Shown here: positions 37,601-51,786 of the stretch, piece by piece
Numbering within the stretch: position 1 is the stretch's first letter
Layout of the letters: each line of letters begins with the position of its first letter
Source of the DNA: Strigamia acuminata
Lineage: Eukaryota
NCBI GenBank assembly: GCA_949358305.1
Contig: OX442314.1
Coordinates: 19,406,001-19,470,000, forward strand
DNA: 64,000 bases
Direction of reading: 5' to 3'
Position numbers and translations under genes: made by a program
Notes under the pieces: model-generated
Seen by the model: only the letters and a program-made list of their open reading frames with translations
What the model was told of the DNA's origin: nothing
Database searches by the model: none

Positions 37601-40600
37601 GCAGATCAATTGGGTAAGAAAATTTATGTTTTTTCGGAATTCGGATACATTTAGTTTTTTATTTTATTTCGATTAAAACAGTGATCTGAACAAACTTCAA
37701 GATGGCATTGGAGAAAAATTAGGAATGTTTATATTTTTTATGTCAAATTTTGTTGTCGATATGATAATTGCCTTTGTATATGGCTGGAAACTTACATTAG
37801 TTATCTTATCTGCCATGCCTTTACTAACAATTGCAACAGCTGCCTTTATGAAAGTAAGAAAATATTTTTATATTTGTTTTATATTTATATTTATAATATT
37901 TACTTCAGATTCAAAGCACGATGACGAATGACGAGCTTAAAGCGTACTCCAAAGCTGGAACTGTAGCGGAAGAAGTTTTTCAGTCCGTTAAAACAGTTTT
38001 TGCTTTTTGTGGAGAAGAAAAAGAAACAGAGCGGTGAGAAATTCGATCAAATTTTATAGACCCATAAAAGTGATCACTTTAAACAGTCCTAAAGTCCTAA
38101 AGATGTAAAAATATGGTAATTAGATGCTACCCATAGGGGCCAAAGCTCCTCAAATGGCCCTAACCGGCCAACTTCTTTCTACTGTTAGGAGATCTAAATC
38201 TCTAATGGAACATCGGCCAAAGTGTCTAAGATAATCTAATAAACCTAACGGGAGGTTTTAGCATAATTTGAGCACGAGTATCAAATGCAGTCGAGCATTT
38301 CGTTAAATTTTCATTTTCACCATAATTACATTTTCCAATTAATTAAACGCAATGCTTTAAGCAGCTTTAAGCGGATTTTTATCAGGAGTTATAGTTCGCT
38401 ACTTGTAACAGTCTTTCCAGTTTAATAATTTAATTAATTTGGTTTTTTTCCATTAGGTTTGAAAAAAATTTAGTGTACGCTCAGAAGGCTGCTATCAAAC
38501 GAGGCCTGGTTACCGGATTGGGAACTGGAGTTACTTGGCTCATGACTTATGGCAGTTTTTCATTGGCTTTTTGGTACGGAGTTAAATTATTTTTCGACAG
38601 TCATCGAGATGGTAGTTACGAATATGATGCCAGTACAATTATAATTGTAAGTGCGAATTAATCCAATGCGTAAACTAGCTTAACACGAATTATTTTACAG
38701 GTTTTCTTCTCTGCACTTATGGGTGCAATGATGATCGGACAAGGAAGTCCCTTTCTAGAAGCAATTAATGTAGCTCGTGTAGGCGCTGCTACCGTTTTCC
38801 AAGTCATCCACAGAGTACGTAATAAAACGACTTATATTACGTAGAAATTGCTAAAGTGCATGGCGTACACAGGTGCCTATAATCGACAGCAGTTCCATTC
38901 AGGGAGATAGACCGCCGTGCCTCATTGGCGATATTCACTTTAAAGATGTTCATTTTAATTACCCGAGCCGAGCAGATGTAAACATTTTAAATGGATTAGA
39001 TTTTAAAATAGCAAGCGGTCAAACTGTTGCTTTGGTTGGAAAGAGTGGGTGCGGTAAGAGTACATTGATTCAACTAGTACAACGAATGTATGACGTGAAC
39101 GAAGGTTCTGTAAGTAATATGCATTTGGATTTTTTGTTGCTGTAATCTCATTTTCCGGTTTGTTTACCTTTGTAGGTTAAGATTGATGGCAAAGATGTGA
39201 GAAGATTTAACGTTAAGTGGCTAAGGGAACGAATTGGAGTTGTAGGACAAGAGCCGGTCCTCTTTGGTTTGAGTATTTCAGAGAACATTAAACTGGGCTG
39301 TGATGGCATCACTCAGGAACAAATAGAGCAGGCATCAAAGGCAGCAAATGCTCATGATTTTATAATGAAGTTGCCGAAGGTAATTGCTTTTCAAAACATC
39401 TTTGCTTGTATTTTATTTATTAGGTGAAAAGTAGTGAATTTTTAGCTTTGAAGGGATGGTATTAATTTTTCAAGATGTCGTAAAAACGTGTTCTATTAAA
39501 AAAAAAAATAGAACACGATTCTCTTCAATAATACGATTTGGGTTCTAATGGAATCAGTTTTAGCCACATTGCTTATAGACAGTACTGTTGTATCGAACGC
39601 GTTCACTTTTCGATGTGAACGAGAAAAATGAACTCGTTCACTTCACGTTCAAACGTTTTGATGACGTTTTCATCATCAAAACGTTCATTTCTAATTGCTT
39701 TTTATGATAAAAACGGCTTTTTTCGTCATAAACAGCGATAAAAATGACTGCTTTACTAAAAAAAAGTGTTTTTTTCATCTGAAATTCACAAAATGTGCCA
39801 AAAAACGTGTTAATTTTTTTAAAAAAATTTGAAAAAGTGAACGCGAACTATTTGTTCAAGTTCATGAACTTGAACTTAGTTCACTTTTGAAAAAATTAGA
39901 GTAACGTGAATGTGAACACGTTCACATGGTCATGAACGCGTACTTGAACGAGTTCATAATTTAGTGAACGAGATACAACACTGCTTATAGACAATCACAA
40001 ATAATTGTAAATTAAATAACAGACAACACTGATTGTGAGTGTTTGGAGTCCTGGGAGAAATTCCCCAAGTCTATAATGAAAAGGAAAGTTGTCAAACGGT
40101 AGTTTTTCACAATGACATTGCAGTTGTCTTGAGCTTTTCAAGCCAAGAATAATGAGCGTGTGAAAGCTGATTCCACGTACTTAAAATGGCGAGCTGAGTA
40201 TAGTGAGAAAATAGAAGGGTCTAGACTGAAAAGCATTTAATCTTTATGTTTTCAGAGATACGACACCCTGGTTGGTGATAGAGGTTCTCAGTTAAGTGGT
40301 GGACAGAAACAACGAATTGCAATTGCTCGTGCCTTAGTGAAAAACCCTAGAATTTTATTACTCGACGAAGCAACATCTGCACTAGATACAGAGAGTGAAG
40401 GAATTGTTCAAGCAGCACTAGACAAAGTAAATGTTTGCAGTCTAATGTGTACATTTTTCCTTCAATTGGATGCTGATAATATCTAGGTAAGAAAAGGAAG
40501 AACAACTTTAATCGTAGCTCATCGCTTAACAACTGTCAGAACTGCTGACGTGATATGTGTTATTGACGACGGGCGAGTTGCCGAGCACGGAACTCACGAT

Positions 40601-43600
40601 GATTTGATGAACCATCGAGGATTGTATTATGAATTGGTTCAAGCGCAACAAGTAAGTTAGTAAATATTTCATAGTTCTAGAACAATAATAACGCAATGAT
40701 TGATCGCGTCGTGATATCTTATTAGCAATCAGGAGAAGAGGAGGGTGAAAATGAAGGTATGTTAACTATTGGGCAAACTGCAATTGGCACTAATTTTTAT
40801 GAAAACTATCCTATTCAGCCGACCAAGTATATGAATTGAACGAAAAAGGTGACAGGAAATTATCTTACCAGAGAAGGCCAACTGTAACCAGCATTAGCAG
40901 CAGTACAGTTATGGGCAGAAGTATGTCGATTGATCACGAATCGCCAGAAGAGGAGGACGAGGCAAGCTTAATCCAAGGCCGGCTCCAGGTCTATTGGTAC
41001 ATCCAACTTCCTAAGAAGCTTTTAAATCGTATTTGTGAATGTGATTAAAGCACATGTATTCTCACATAGATGCCGCACACTACCTGCATTCAAAAACTAA
41101 AATATTTTGTGTTTTACTTCGATTTTAAACCAAAAATGACATCATTTCCTGTTTAACCCCATGTTAAAACTTAAAATACACTTAAACTAAAATTGTTAGT
41201 TTTTTTTTGAATGCAGCTACTGTTTTGAATTCACGAAAAGTAACATTGATTTTACAACTAGTCGATGATTTTTTGAAGTTTTGACGCCCTGATGATCGTG
41301 CCTTGAGCCGGCGCTGTGTGTATTGATTTATCTCGTGATGATGTATAAATTTGTGATTTTATTTCAAGGATAAAGATACTCCAAGGCCATCACTTTTTCG
41401 AATTATTAAACTCAATTCGCCAGAATGGCCTTACATTTTATTAGGATGTTTCGGGGCGATTGGATTTGGTTGTACTACGCCCGTTTATGCCTTATTGTTT
41501 GGTGACATAATGGGGGTTAGTTTGTGCTTTACGGTTTATTGCAAAATGGTAACGACCGTCATCATTTTAGGTTCTCTCCATTACAGTTGAAGATGAGGCA
41601 AGAAAGGAGTCTGAATTTTATGCTGTTCTTTTTGTCGTACTTGGACTGTGGGCTGGTGTCTCCTGCTTTTTGCAGGTATAAAATGCAAAACTTTATTTTT
41701 GAAATTGAATTAATTTCATTTTGGTTTTCAGATGTATATGTTTGCTGTTGCTGGAGATAAACTGACAGCTCGCATACGAAAATTGACTTTTTCTTCAATA
41801 TTAAAACAAGTACGTGTGTTTCCGAAGCTGCATTCGAAAAGTCATTTAGACTAAACGGCATTTTTAAACAACGTGTTTGACTGCAATTATAAAAATGCTT
41901 TTCGAATGCGGTTAGAGTGTATGAATTATTTAGTAGTTTTGTTTTTTGATTTAAATACAGGAATGCGGATGGTTTGATCATCCAAAAAATAGTACAGGTG
42001 CCTTATGTACCAGACTTGCAGTTGATGCCGCCAACGTACAGGGCGTAAGTATATTTTAATTTTCCAAGTTAAATTGTTCATCGATTTAATTTTCTTTGGT
42101 ATTTTTCAGGCCACTGGGTCTAGAATTGGAATTCTTTTACAGTCCTTTTCAACTGTAATAATAGCTCTTGTTTTTGCATTGGTCCTTGTTTGGAAACAAG
42201 CTTTAGTCACAGCTGTATTTATGCCACTCGTGCTAGTAGCTACATACTATCAAGGAAAATTTATGATGGGACAAAACGATAAGGAGGTCAAGTTGCAAGA
42301 GTCGTGCGGAAAGGTAAACGGCAACTGAAAATATATTGTTAATAAAATATCATTGAATTTTTCTCAAGATTGCAAGTGAAGCAATTAATAACATCCGGAC
42401 AGTTGCATCCTTATCTCGTGAAGATAAGTTTAAAGAAATGTATGCAGAGGGTCTCGTTCAGTCGCGACTGTAAGGAGTAAAAGCCGATTTTCTTTTGCAA
42501 TTTGTAAATACAGTTTTTTATTTGCACAGTAACTATTGGAAAGTAGTTCAAGTTCGTGGAGTTATATTTGGTATATCTCAAAGTTTACCATGTGTTTCAT
42601 ACGCCGCAAGTATGTGGTACGGTGGCTATCTTATCGAGAAAGAGGGGGTGCCATATGAAGACGTATTTAAGTGAGTTTGCTAATTTAAGGCGAGTTTGGA
42701 AGTGCTGCTTTTCATTTAAACATGCATTGGGTCATCAGGCATTGGGGCGACAAACTGTAAGTCATTAAGCTGACAGGTTGTGATGAGAATATTGTTTTCT
42801 TGTTGAACTGTCCAACTTCTGCCTTTTCCTAGCGATCCAACGATCGACTATAATTCATAGCTGATGGCCATAGGAATAATTGTTGTGTAATTAACGTGTG
42901 CGTATGTTTCTTCTTGTTGTCACGACTACTAAGTCGCTATTGTTTTAGCTATTTTAAGAAAAATCTCACTCCTTGTTGCTCCGTTACCGAGTAAAAACGT
43001 TCTGGTTCTTTTCCTCCTGAGTGTTTTTCTTCACAATTTACACATCACGACAATGTGATTTGAATTTGGCATCAAGATACGTCTGTAGATTAATTTTTTT
43101 GTGTGTTGACCTGTTGCACTTTTAGTGCAGTACAGGTATTGACCTAAACTTAGCGAATCACTAGTCTGTTGACCCACTGCTGTCCTCAGTTACAAGTTTT
43201 AATCTTTTAGAAAGTCTTCCCATAGAATGCTTTGTAAATTCCGTATTTTTAAACGATAAGTGCATTCAAATTGGTTAAAATAAATCTGTTTTTAATTTTA
43301 AGTTTAAATTTGATAATGAGTGGCGAATATTAGTATTTGCTTAACCAATTTAAAAACACCAAATGAAATTGATTGTTGTAAAGCTTATTCCGCTTAATGC
43401 CCAATGCCTATCCTAATGACATTTCAAATTTATCACAGAATAGCAGAACTGCTTATTTTTGGAATGATGATGATTGGTCAGTCAGTTGCTATGGCACCTA
43501 ATTACAACAAAGGTCTGATGTCAGCAGGTAGAATTTTCAAATTATTAGATCGAAAACCTGAAACTGTAAATACAGGCGTCACCGGATTAAAACTAGTGAG

Positions 43601-45279
43601 TATTAGAAAGTACGCTTGGAGATAAAATCGTTCCTTTTTCTTCATTCCTATTTTAGGGAGACTTATCAGATGTATCGGTGGAATTTGAAGGAATCAAATT
43701 TTCTTATCCGTCGAGGACTCAAGCTCAAATATTGAGAGGTTTGAATCTAAAAGTGGAAAATGGCATTACATTGGCTCTAGTTGGTAACAGCGGGTGTGGA
43801 AAGAGCACGTGTGTTCAATTGTTGGAGCGGTTTTATGATCCATCAGACGGCAATGTGGTAAAAATTTTATAGTTTTTCAAATTTATTTCTCAAAACATAA
43901 TCTTCAAATTCCATTTTCCTTTTTCAGCGATTAGGTGGTCATAACATCAGTGATTTAGACGTGTCCTGGTTGCGAGATCAAATTGGTTTAGTTTCTCAAG
44001 AGCCAGTTCTGTTTGACTGTAGCATAATGGATAACATTTCGTATGGCTGTAATCACAGAAAAGTGCATATGGATGAAGTCATACAGGCTGCTAAACAAGC
44101 CAATATTCATAATTTTATTTCAGCTTTGCCTCAGGTACTCCCCACCTCAATTTCAAGCACAAAATTTGGCGATACTAGCTGTATTCAAAAAGCTGTGTTT
44201 TATGTACCGTATTTTACCGATTAAGAGTCGCCCTCGAATTGTAGCCGGCCTTGAATAAGAGCCGCGACCGAGAGAGGCGATTTTATATAAGAGCCGCCCT
44301 CAAATAATAGCCGTGGCTACAGCAAGATTATTGTTACTAGTGTAACGAGAAACGAATCGAATGGGAACCCAAATGCACAAAATGACTTACGTATACAGTC
44401 GAAACTCTTTATAACGAATCGCGACATAATGCATTATCAATATAACGAATACCTAAAAATGGCTGGTTTGGTTGGCTGGCCAAAGAACATCATGTTAAAA
44501 AAATTCGATATAACGAATTATCGTTACGAATCGATTTTTCGGGTCCCTTGCGATTCGTTATAAAGAGTTTCGACTGTATAGTAAATTTTTATGAACGTAG
44601 GGCAAACATAACGAATGTTCAATGAACGCAACATTGATATTGGCCACTATTTGAAATAAGAGCCACCCTCAATTAAGAGCTGCACTCGATTACTAGCCAC
44701 GGCTAAAAGTGGCAGTTTTGAATAAGAACTGTGGCTCTTAATCGCAAAAATACAAGATTTTGTTTTTGTATATTTTAACACAAGACAAACAAACATAAAC
44801 ACTTGAACGCAACTTTTTGAATGCAGCTACCGCAATTCGAGTGCTAATTTTACTTGTACTAGAGTTATTTCATTTTAGGGATATAATACTTCAGTTGGAA
44901 GCAAAGGTACGCAATTAAGTGGTGGTCAAAAACAAAGGATCGCTATTGCGAGAGCTCTTATACGCAATCCTAAAATACTGCTTTTGGACGAAGCGACGTC
45001 AGCGTTAGATTCAGAAAGTGAAAAAGTGAGTTAGAGTGATTAAATCTTGCTGTTATAAAATATTGACGTGTTTATTGTTAGCTTGTACAAGAAGCACTCG
45101 ATAAAGCCTCTAAGAATAGGACAACTATAATTATAGCACACAGGCTTTCCACAATCCAAAATGCAGACTGTATTGTTTGTATTCACCAAGGACAAGTAGC
45201 TGAATTTGGTTCTCATCAGGAATTAATGGACAAGAAGGGCCATTACTTCAAACTATATTCCAAAAATTACAATAACTAA
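34674..45279 (+). CDS. ABCB1: Full-length ABCB1/MDR P-glycoprotein
   Basis: Two TMD-NBD halves: [10 protein letters not shown], Walker [10 protein letters not shown] and GNSGCGKST, two [15 protein letters not shown], two [15 protein letters not shown] switch motifs; stop 45277-45279. Confidence 0.96.
39580..39983. mobile_element. hAT-type MITE
   Basis: Ends CAG(TAC)TGTTGTATC / GATACAACACTG; 8-bp TSD CTTATAGA at 39572-39579 and 39984-39991; repeated GTGAAC/GTTCAC subterminal motifs. Confidence 0.88.
40974..41316. mobile_element. Degenerate MITE containing a nested ~145-bp MITE (about 41078-41222)
   Basis: Outer ends CAAGGCCGGCTCCAGG / CCTTGAGCCGGCGCTG; inner ends TACCTGCATTCAAAAA / TTTTTGAATGCAGCTACTG. 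Confidence 0.6.
44174..44832. mobile_element. Three nested MITEs (outer ~44174-44832, middle ~44207-44753, inner 44396-44576)
   Basis: Outer TAGCTGTATTCAAAAAG / CTTTTTGAATGCAGCTA; middle CCGTATTTTACCGATTAAGAG / CTCTTAATCGCAAAAATAC; inner TA|CAGTCGAAACTCTTTATAACGAATCGC ... GCGATTCGTTATAAAGAGTTTCGACTG|TA. Confidence 0.8.
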
Positions 45280-45589
45280 CAAATACAGGATCGAAGCAGT
45301 TTTGTTTTTTCTTTCTTAAATTCCCACTTGTGTTGGTACATGTAAACGGTTTAGTTTCGTCATTGTTTAATCGTAAATGGATTTATTATTTTTCATTTCA
45401 TTAATAAATGTTATAATCAGTTTCTTCAAAAAGTTTTACCTCGCTGTTCAAATCAAGAGAAATAACGTCTGGACAGTTGTGTGGTTCGGACAGGTTTGGA
45501 GGTCCCGATCTAAACCCAGCAAAGTTAAATCCCCTCCCATCTGGACAGCTTGTTAGTCCAGACAACTTTCTTGGACCCGTCCTACGTCC

Positions 45590-46875
45590 GGTCGACAAAA
45601 AGTAAATTGTATTAGCGGGGGAAAAATTTCTAATGCTAGATTTTATTGCTAAGTGACATCATCAGGGCATTAGCTTCATTTTCAAGTGATTAAAGACAGA
45701 TACTATGTTGGTTACAAAAGCAGCATTCTCTCTTTAATGATTAATGAAATGTAATAATTGTCAAGAGGTGAGGCTGTATTAAATAAAACTGATGGTAAAC
45801 ATAACTTACAGAACCATTTTAATTTCCATAAAAAAAATAACTTTCTGCTGTAGACGGTAGCATAAAAAGAAGTCAATGGGTTCGTGTGCAAGTTGGGTTG
45901 ATCAGCCCTTTAGCAGAGCAGTAGCTAGGATTTTAGTTCGTTGTCAACCTTGTCAATTGCACGTACTGTATCCCTGACTGCTATGCCACTGGCTGTAGAT
46001 TTAATCGAAGAAATGAGAGCCTATCATGCCACATGTGTTTTTACAACTAAAATAATGCTAAACCAGAAAAAATACATCTAACTTCAACAAAGAACCAGAT
46101 GGCCCAATTAGAGTTTGCCCGTGACCACCTTCACTGGACCTCTAAATAGTAGGATAAATAATCTGGAGCATCAAGCCAAAGATTCTGCTGTTTCGACTTA
46201 CTGAATCAAGTACATAGGCATCCAGGGTGCCAAATTCTATCAGTCAAACATGGTAGAGAAAACAAAATGGACTGTGCTTGTTTTTAGGTTTAGGCCAGCC
46301 TTTTTTGTTGAGATGGCATTACAGATAAAGCGGCTTAAATTATCATATGAGACATCCAAATGCTATCGTTTCCCATATGCGATATGCCTCATTGGTGGCA
46401 ATTTCAACCAAATAAAATTCTAAAGCACACCAACCTAACCACGGACTCATTCAGATCCAAGAATGGTCTTCACATCTCCAGAGTCGAATCCGATTGAACA
46501 CCTTTAGGACTTGCTGGGTCATCAATAAAAGCACCAGAAACTACAGATCAAAATATAAATCTTGGCAGATGCTTGGGAGAGAATTGGAGAAAATTCCTCT
46601 TGTCACATGAGGAGAAACTGATCGATTCAGTGGCTTGGAGATGTCAACCTGGGATAGATAGCTGCGAAGGTTTTTCACTGGAATTTACTTGATTTTTCAA
46701 AGATATTCAATTTTTAATCTTGAATTTATGCTAAATAAATAATATCCACAAAATGTATTGATACTGTGTAAAATGGGTCAAAACCTATAGTTAATACAGA
46801 GTGTCAAAATCAGAGGTTTCTATAATGAAGAGAAATAAGTCATAGCCAGACAATCAATACTTTTGGTCGTACTTT
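45590..46875 (+). mobile_element. Decayed Tc1-like transposon (transposase pseudogene); boundaries approximate
   Basis: Broken-frame motifs LEFARDHLHWT, VKHG, WQFQPNKILKHT (FQQDNDPKHT-like) and SPESNPIEHL* (SPDLNPIEHLW-like); Tc1-like end TCAATACTTTTGGTCGTACT. Confidence 0.8.
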
Positions 46876-49681
46876 AAGATCGAGAAAGCATATAATGAGA
46901 TTTTAGTCTTGAACCTTGCACATCAACCTATCCAATCAATTTACAGATCCAATAAAATATCAAAGCAACTTGAAAAAGCTGCACAAGTGAAATCCGACCG
47001 ACTTCTTACTGCCAATGACTCCTCTTACCCATTTGCTATTTGGAGGACTTGTCCCCGAAGGGCCATACGTGTGATGTTTTGAGTTTCATCTCTGCAAAAT
47101 AATCGATCGTATACTTCAAGCTCAATGCGTTGAAGCTTAGTTTGCGGGAAAATGGAAAGTATCATCAACTTGGAAAAACAAGCTCGGGTTTTCTTTAAAT
47201 CACTGTAAACGCTTTATCTCCACGGGCAACTCAATTAGTATGCAAACTCAACCGCCTATTTATTGTCCTCCTTTGCAGTTTTACCTGAATAGATGAAGTG
47301 ACAACTTGGAATAAAAAAAAATTGTATCGCGACCATTTCACTCCGAAATTACTTTGTGGTGGAAAAATTGTAGCCAATGTATTAAGTGAATTAAGATTCT
47401 GTGCACAACCTACAGGCAGATTTATGGGCCCTGAGCTCCCAAATCTAAAAAAAAAAAATAGGCGAGTTCAATTTGCAAAAGGAGAAGTTAAGTTACTTTT
47501 ACTCGTTAACGAGTTAAAGCGAGGAAAGCAGTCAATTAAAATAATATTAAACTCTCGCCTACTTGAATTAAAAAGTCTGTTGAGTTCACTTTCTCAGAAG
47601 TAGATTTAAATCACAATTTTTCTGTTATTAAATAGAGATTGCTTAGCAACCAATAAGTACTTACAGTGCAAGCAACTTAACACATGAACAACCTTACAGG
47701 TGATGGAACTTTTCTTTCAACACACATTCCCTTGGCAACAATGTTCACCAACTTGTAACTTGTACTAAAATTAAATCAAGAAGTAATTTATTTTTTTTAA
47801 AAAAAGTAACATTAAATGAAAACATAAAACATAAACCACACATGAATATATTTTACACGATGTGAACATTCCACATACATTCATGCCTAGATGACCAGAT
47901 GTTTAGCCACAAAACACCGTTTATTGTACATTGCTCGCCAATTTATTAAGCACACAGTTTCCCCCTGAAATACACACTAATTCATTAGGCACATTGTTTC
48001 TTTCAACCTTCCCATAACGAAATGAATCTACCGCATGTTGCAACGAGCAATACCACAAACAACCACATAACTTTCTGCCCACACTGAAGAACTGTAAAAA
48101 TTTAGATTTTAAATACCAAATTTTCAATTTTCAAAAATATACAAATCACGTCTGACTGTAGTATGTAATGTACACTTCGTGTTCTCCTCGCAAATCATTT
48201 TTATCATATCATAATTACTTTTATCTTCCCACCATCTCATAATCACATCTCGACCATTATCCTCCGAAACAACCTTGATTAATTCCCAAAGCGTGCGTCA
48301 TAAAATCAAAATCGGTTTCATCTAATTTCCACTTGCATCTGGCAGCTTTAGCTTAAGCTGCTTCTTCTTAAAGTTCAGTTCAAGACTGCATATAAAATGT
48401 TTTATTCGAAAATGTAGCTGTCCATTTCTTTAAAGTTAAAAGCTTATTTTTATTTATTAAAAATACATTCGTTGTTACATAGTTTTATCGTTGTCTCATG
48501 TGGGATGCTGGGGATTTAACCGAAGATCTATATGTATTATGCAGAGAAAGTGGCAATTCTCTCATCTACTGACAAGTGAGTGTCTTTTCTTGGTGAAACT
48601 AAGAAAATTCTTGTATTCTTACGTAATTCACATGGAAGTGTAAACAATGTACTAACGTTTGTTGGTATAGCAAGAAACATCAATACCCAAATGGAAAGTG
48701 AATCCTGGCAGCACGTATTTACTTGACATACTAGTATTAAAAATTAAAATTTTAAAGCAACAAAAACACAACAGATACCAACCCCACAACTTACTTTTCC
48801 CTTTTGTGTTTGATGTGTTTGATGATTGGGTGTGAGTTTGTCAGGTTACTTTCTTTTGTTGCACATGGGTTGGGTTGTATTGGTTGTAGTGTTTTTCCTT
48901 GTCTTTTTTATTTTTATTTTATTCTGTTTTGTGGCCATTTTATTTTTATAGTTTTTTTTATTTTTTTTATTTTTTGGATGATGGTGTTGGTTTGTTGAGG
49001 TTGTATAATATCATCCCTTTTCATTTTACATTTATTTCTATAAATAACAACAAATAATAACAGCTAAAATAACAGGGATATTCAGAAACTAATTTGAAAT
49101 TTTGGTTAGTCCAAACTCCAAAGGTTTATGTTCAAGGTTCATTTTGGTTTAAGGTTTAATTTAAGGTCCAGTACAAAGTCTATAGTTTGCCCACAGATAT
49201 ATGATTGACAGCCCAACTATCGAAAAAAATCTACACTTTCCAAATACCCGTGGGTGTAGTTTATCGACTTATTTACGCAGCACTAGCTACAAAAACCACG
49301 AGCAACACAACAGGTAAAACACCTTTGACAGATCTCTCATCAACAAAGGATCATTAACCACTTCATTAACAGAGTATTTTGGATAAATTATTTCGATTTC
49401 TTTACATTTTATTTTGCAACATTTTGCCAAAACATTTTGTAGGTCGCGATTGAACACGTGACAACGACTGACTCACATAATCTGAAGAAATTGATGTTTA
49501 ATCTTATCAATAATGACGATTTGGAAACGTAGCATAAACATCCTCAGTGACGTTATTCAGCAACCATAAACTTGCACACTCGAACTTAGATACGGTAAGC
49601 TACCCTTCGACCTCTTAAAGCTCGGGTCCACACTCAACTGGACTCTCGACTTTTTACTGCTTATAACTTAATGTATTTCCT

Positions 49682-51786
49682 ATGGACGACGAAATTGCTC
49701 TTTCTCAACGAACCTTTTCCCAAAATGAGTCTGTTATTGTACACAGAAATTGCAATTCCAGATCTTCATATCCAGTAACAGGTGCGTGTTCATTCCTCAA
49801 TGTAAACTTCGATACCGTAAACGTAAATCGGATACACATTTTCCTTAAAATGTTGCGCCAGCATACCATACTGTTATTTTACAGTTTTAAATTACAGCAA
49901 AACTTCAGATATATCTTACAAGCGAGATTAAAAGCGAACATTTGAACTTGAAGATTTCAACATTTAATCTCAACATCTTAACGATTTTTCTTATTTTTTC
50001 TTCTATTATTTTCGAGTGTTGTTAAACCTTTTGAAATCACTCTTTCAGATATAAACACAGTGATCATGCCTATTTCATTATCACCCAGCATAGCAACCGC
50101 AGTACCGAATCAATTTTGTGCCATTTGTGGTGATAAATCCACCGGTAAACATTACGGAGCAGCCAGTTGTGACGGTTGCAAAGGTTTCTTCAGACGCAGT
50201 GTACGAAAGAAACACAATTACGCTTGTCGACTGAATAAAAATTGTATTATTGATAAAGACAAGCGAAATCAATGTCGATTTTGTCGACTTAGAAAATGCG
50301 AACGTGTCGGAATGAAAAGAGAAGGCAAAAAAAAAGAAAAAAAGTGCATCAATGTGCAGCATAATTAAATTCAATCTTAATCTATTTTCAAGCTGTTCAA
50401 AATGAACGAGATTGCATCAGAAACCGACGTCACAATTACGATGCACAAATTTCTCCGAATGGAATTTCAATTAACATTCTACTAAATGCTGAAACGACTT
50501 GCAATGAAGAGGTAATCTATAAATAAACGTAAAATTTTAATCCATAATAAGCTAAGCTAATCATTGCGTTGAAATTGTAGAGTCACGAAACTGCCAATAA
50601 AAAAGTCGCCACCTTGAATGACGTAACTGTTTCAATGACTCAACAACTGTTGAAGCAAGTGGAATGGGCTAAAAAGATACCTGCTTTTGTGAAATTACCA
50701 GTCGCAGATCAGGTAAATTATTGTAATTTAAAAGTAATTTAAAAGCATTTTCATTAATTTACATCATAATGGATTCAACAGGTGGCTCTTCTTAAAGCGC
50801 ATGCAGGAGAAAGTCTGCTCGTTGGCGTTTGTCATCGTTCTTGCCGTTTAAATGACGTGTTATTGCTAGGCAATGACTACCAAATCTTACGCCAAAACTC
50901 TGAAATTGAAATGAATCATCTGAGCAACAGGATCATGGATGAATTGATCAAGCCACTCAAAGAGATTCAAATGGACGATACTGAATATGCATGCCTCAAA
51001 GCAATTGTTGTCTTAGATCCGAGTTAGTATACTTTCATTTCATTGCTGTGTTTCAATTAAAGCACAAATCCAATCAATCAAGCAACGATTATTCAACTTG
51101 AGAATGTGGAATCATTGGATACTTAATGTTCTATTGGAATGTAATTTGTTTTTTCAGCTTCCAAAGGATTGATCAACATTCCTACAGTCAAAGCACTCAG
51201 ATACCAAGTTCAATTAATTTTGGAGGATTACATCAATGACAGTCAATACGATTCACGAGGTCGTTTTGGAGAAATATTACTCATGCTCCCGATCCTACAG
51301 AGTATTTCTTGGCAAATGATTGAAGTTGTTCAATATGCCAATTCGGTTGGAATGGCAAAGATTGATGATTTCTTGCGAGAGGTTCTTTTAGGAGGTTTGA
51401 ATCGTTCTTATGAGCAAACAGTGGAATCCCTCAAGGGGCAAAGACCCCCGGAAAAGACGATACAGTCTCGACGTCGAAAATGTCCCATTTCATTCAAACA
51501 AAAACACATTCGAACATTTAATTCAATTTTTTTATGAAAAAAAAAATTAATTTTTCTGAAGGGAGTTCACTGTGTATTTAATTATTCATTTAATTTATTT
51601 ATTTATCGCTTAATTTATTAACTTAATGATTTCTCTAAAGTCTATTCATCGGAAACTGAGGAATCCCTTGGGACTGCAACTGACGAACCCGTAGAAGAAC
51701 CAATGACTTCTAACCTTACGTATGAAAACCCCGAAGCAAATGACGTTTTCACATGTTCAGATGTACCACAAAACTACCACATCTGA
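49682..51786 (+). CDS. HNF4: Hepatocyte nuclear factor 4 (NR2A) nuclear receptor, divergent
   Basis: [34 protein letters not shown]...[66 protein letters not shown]. First and last exons inferred from splice phase. Confidence 0.92.
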
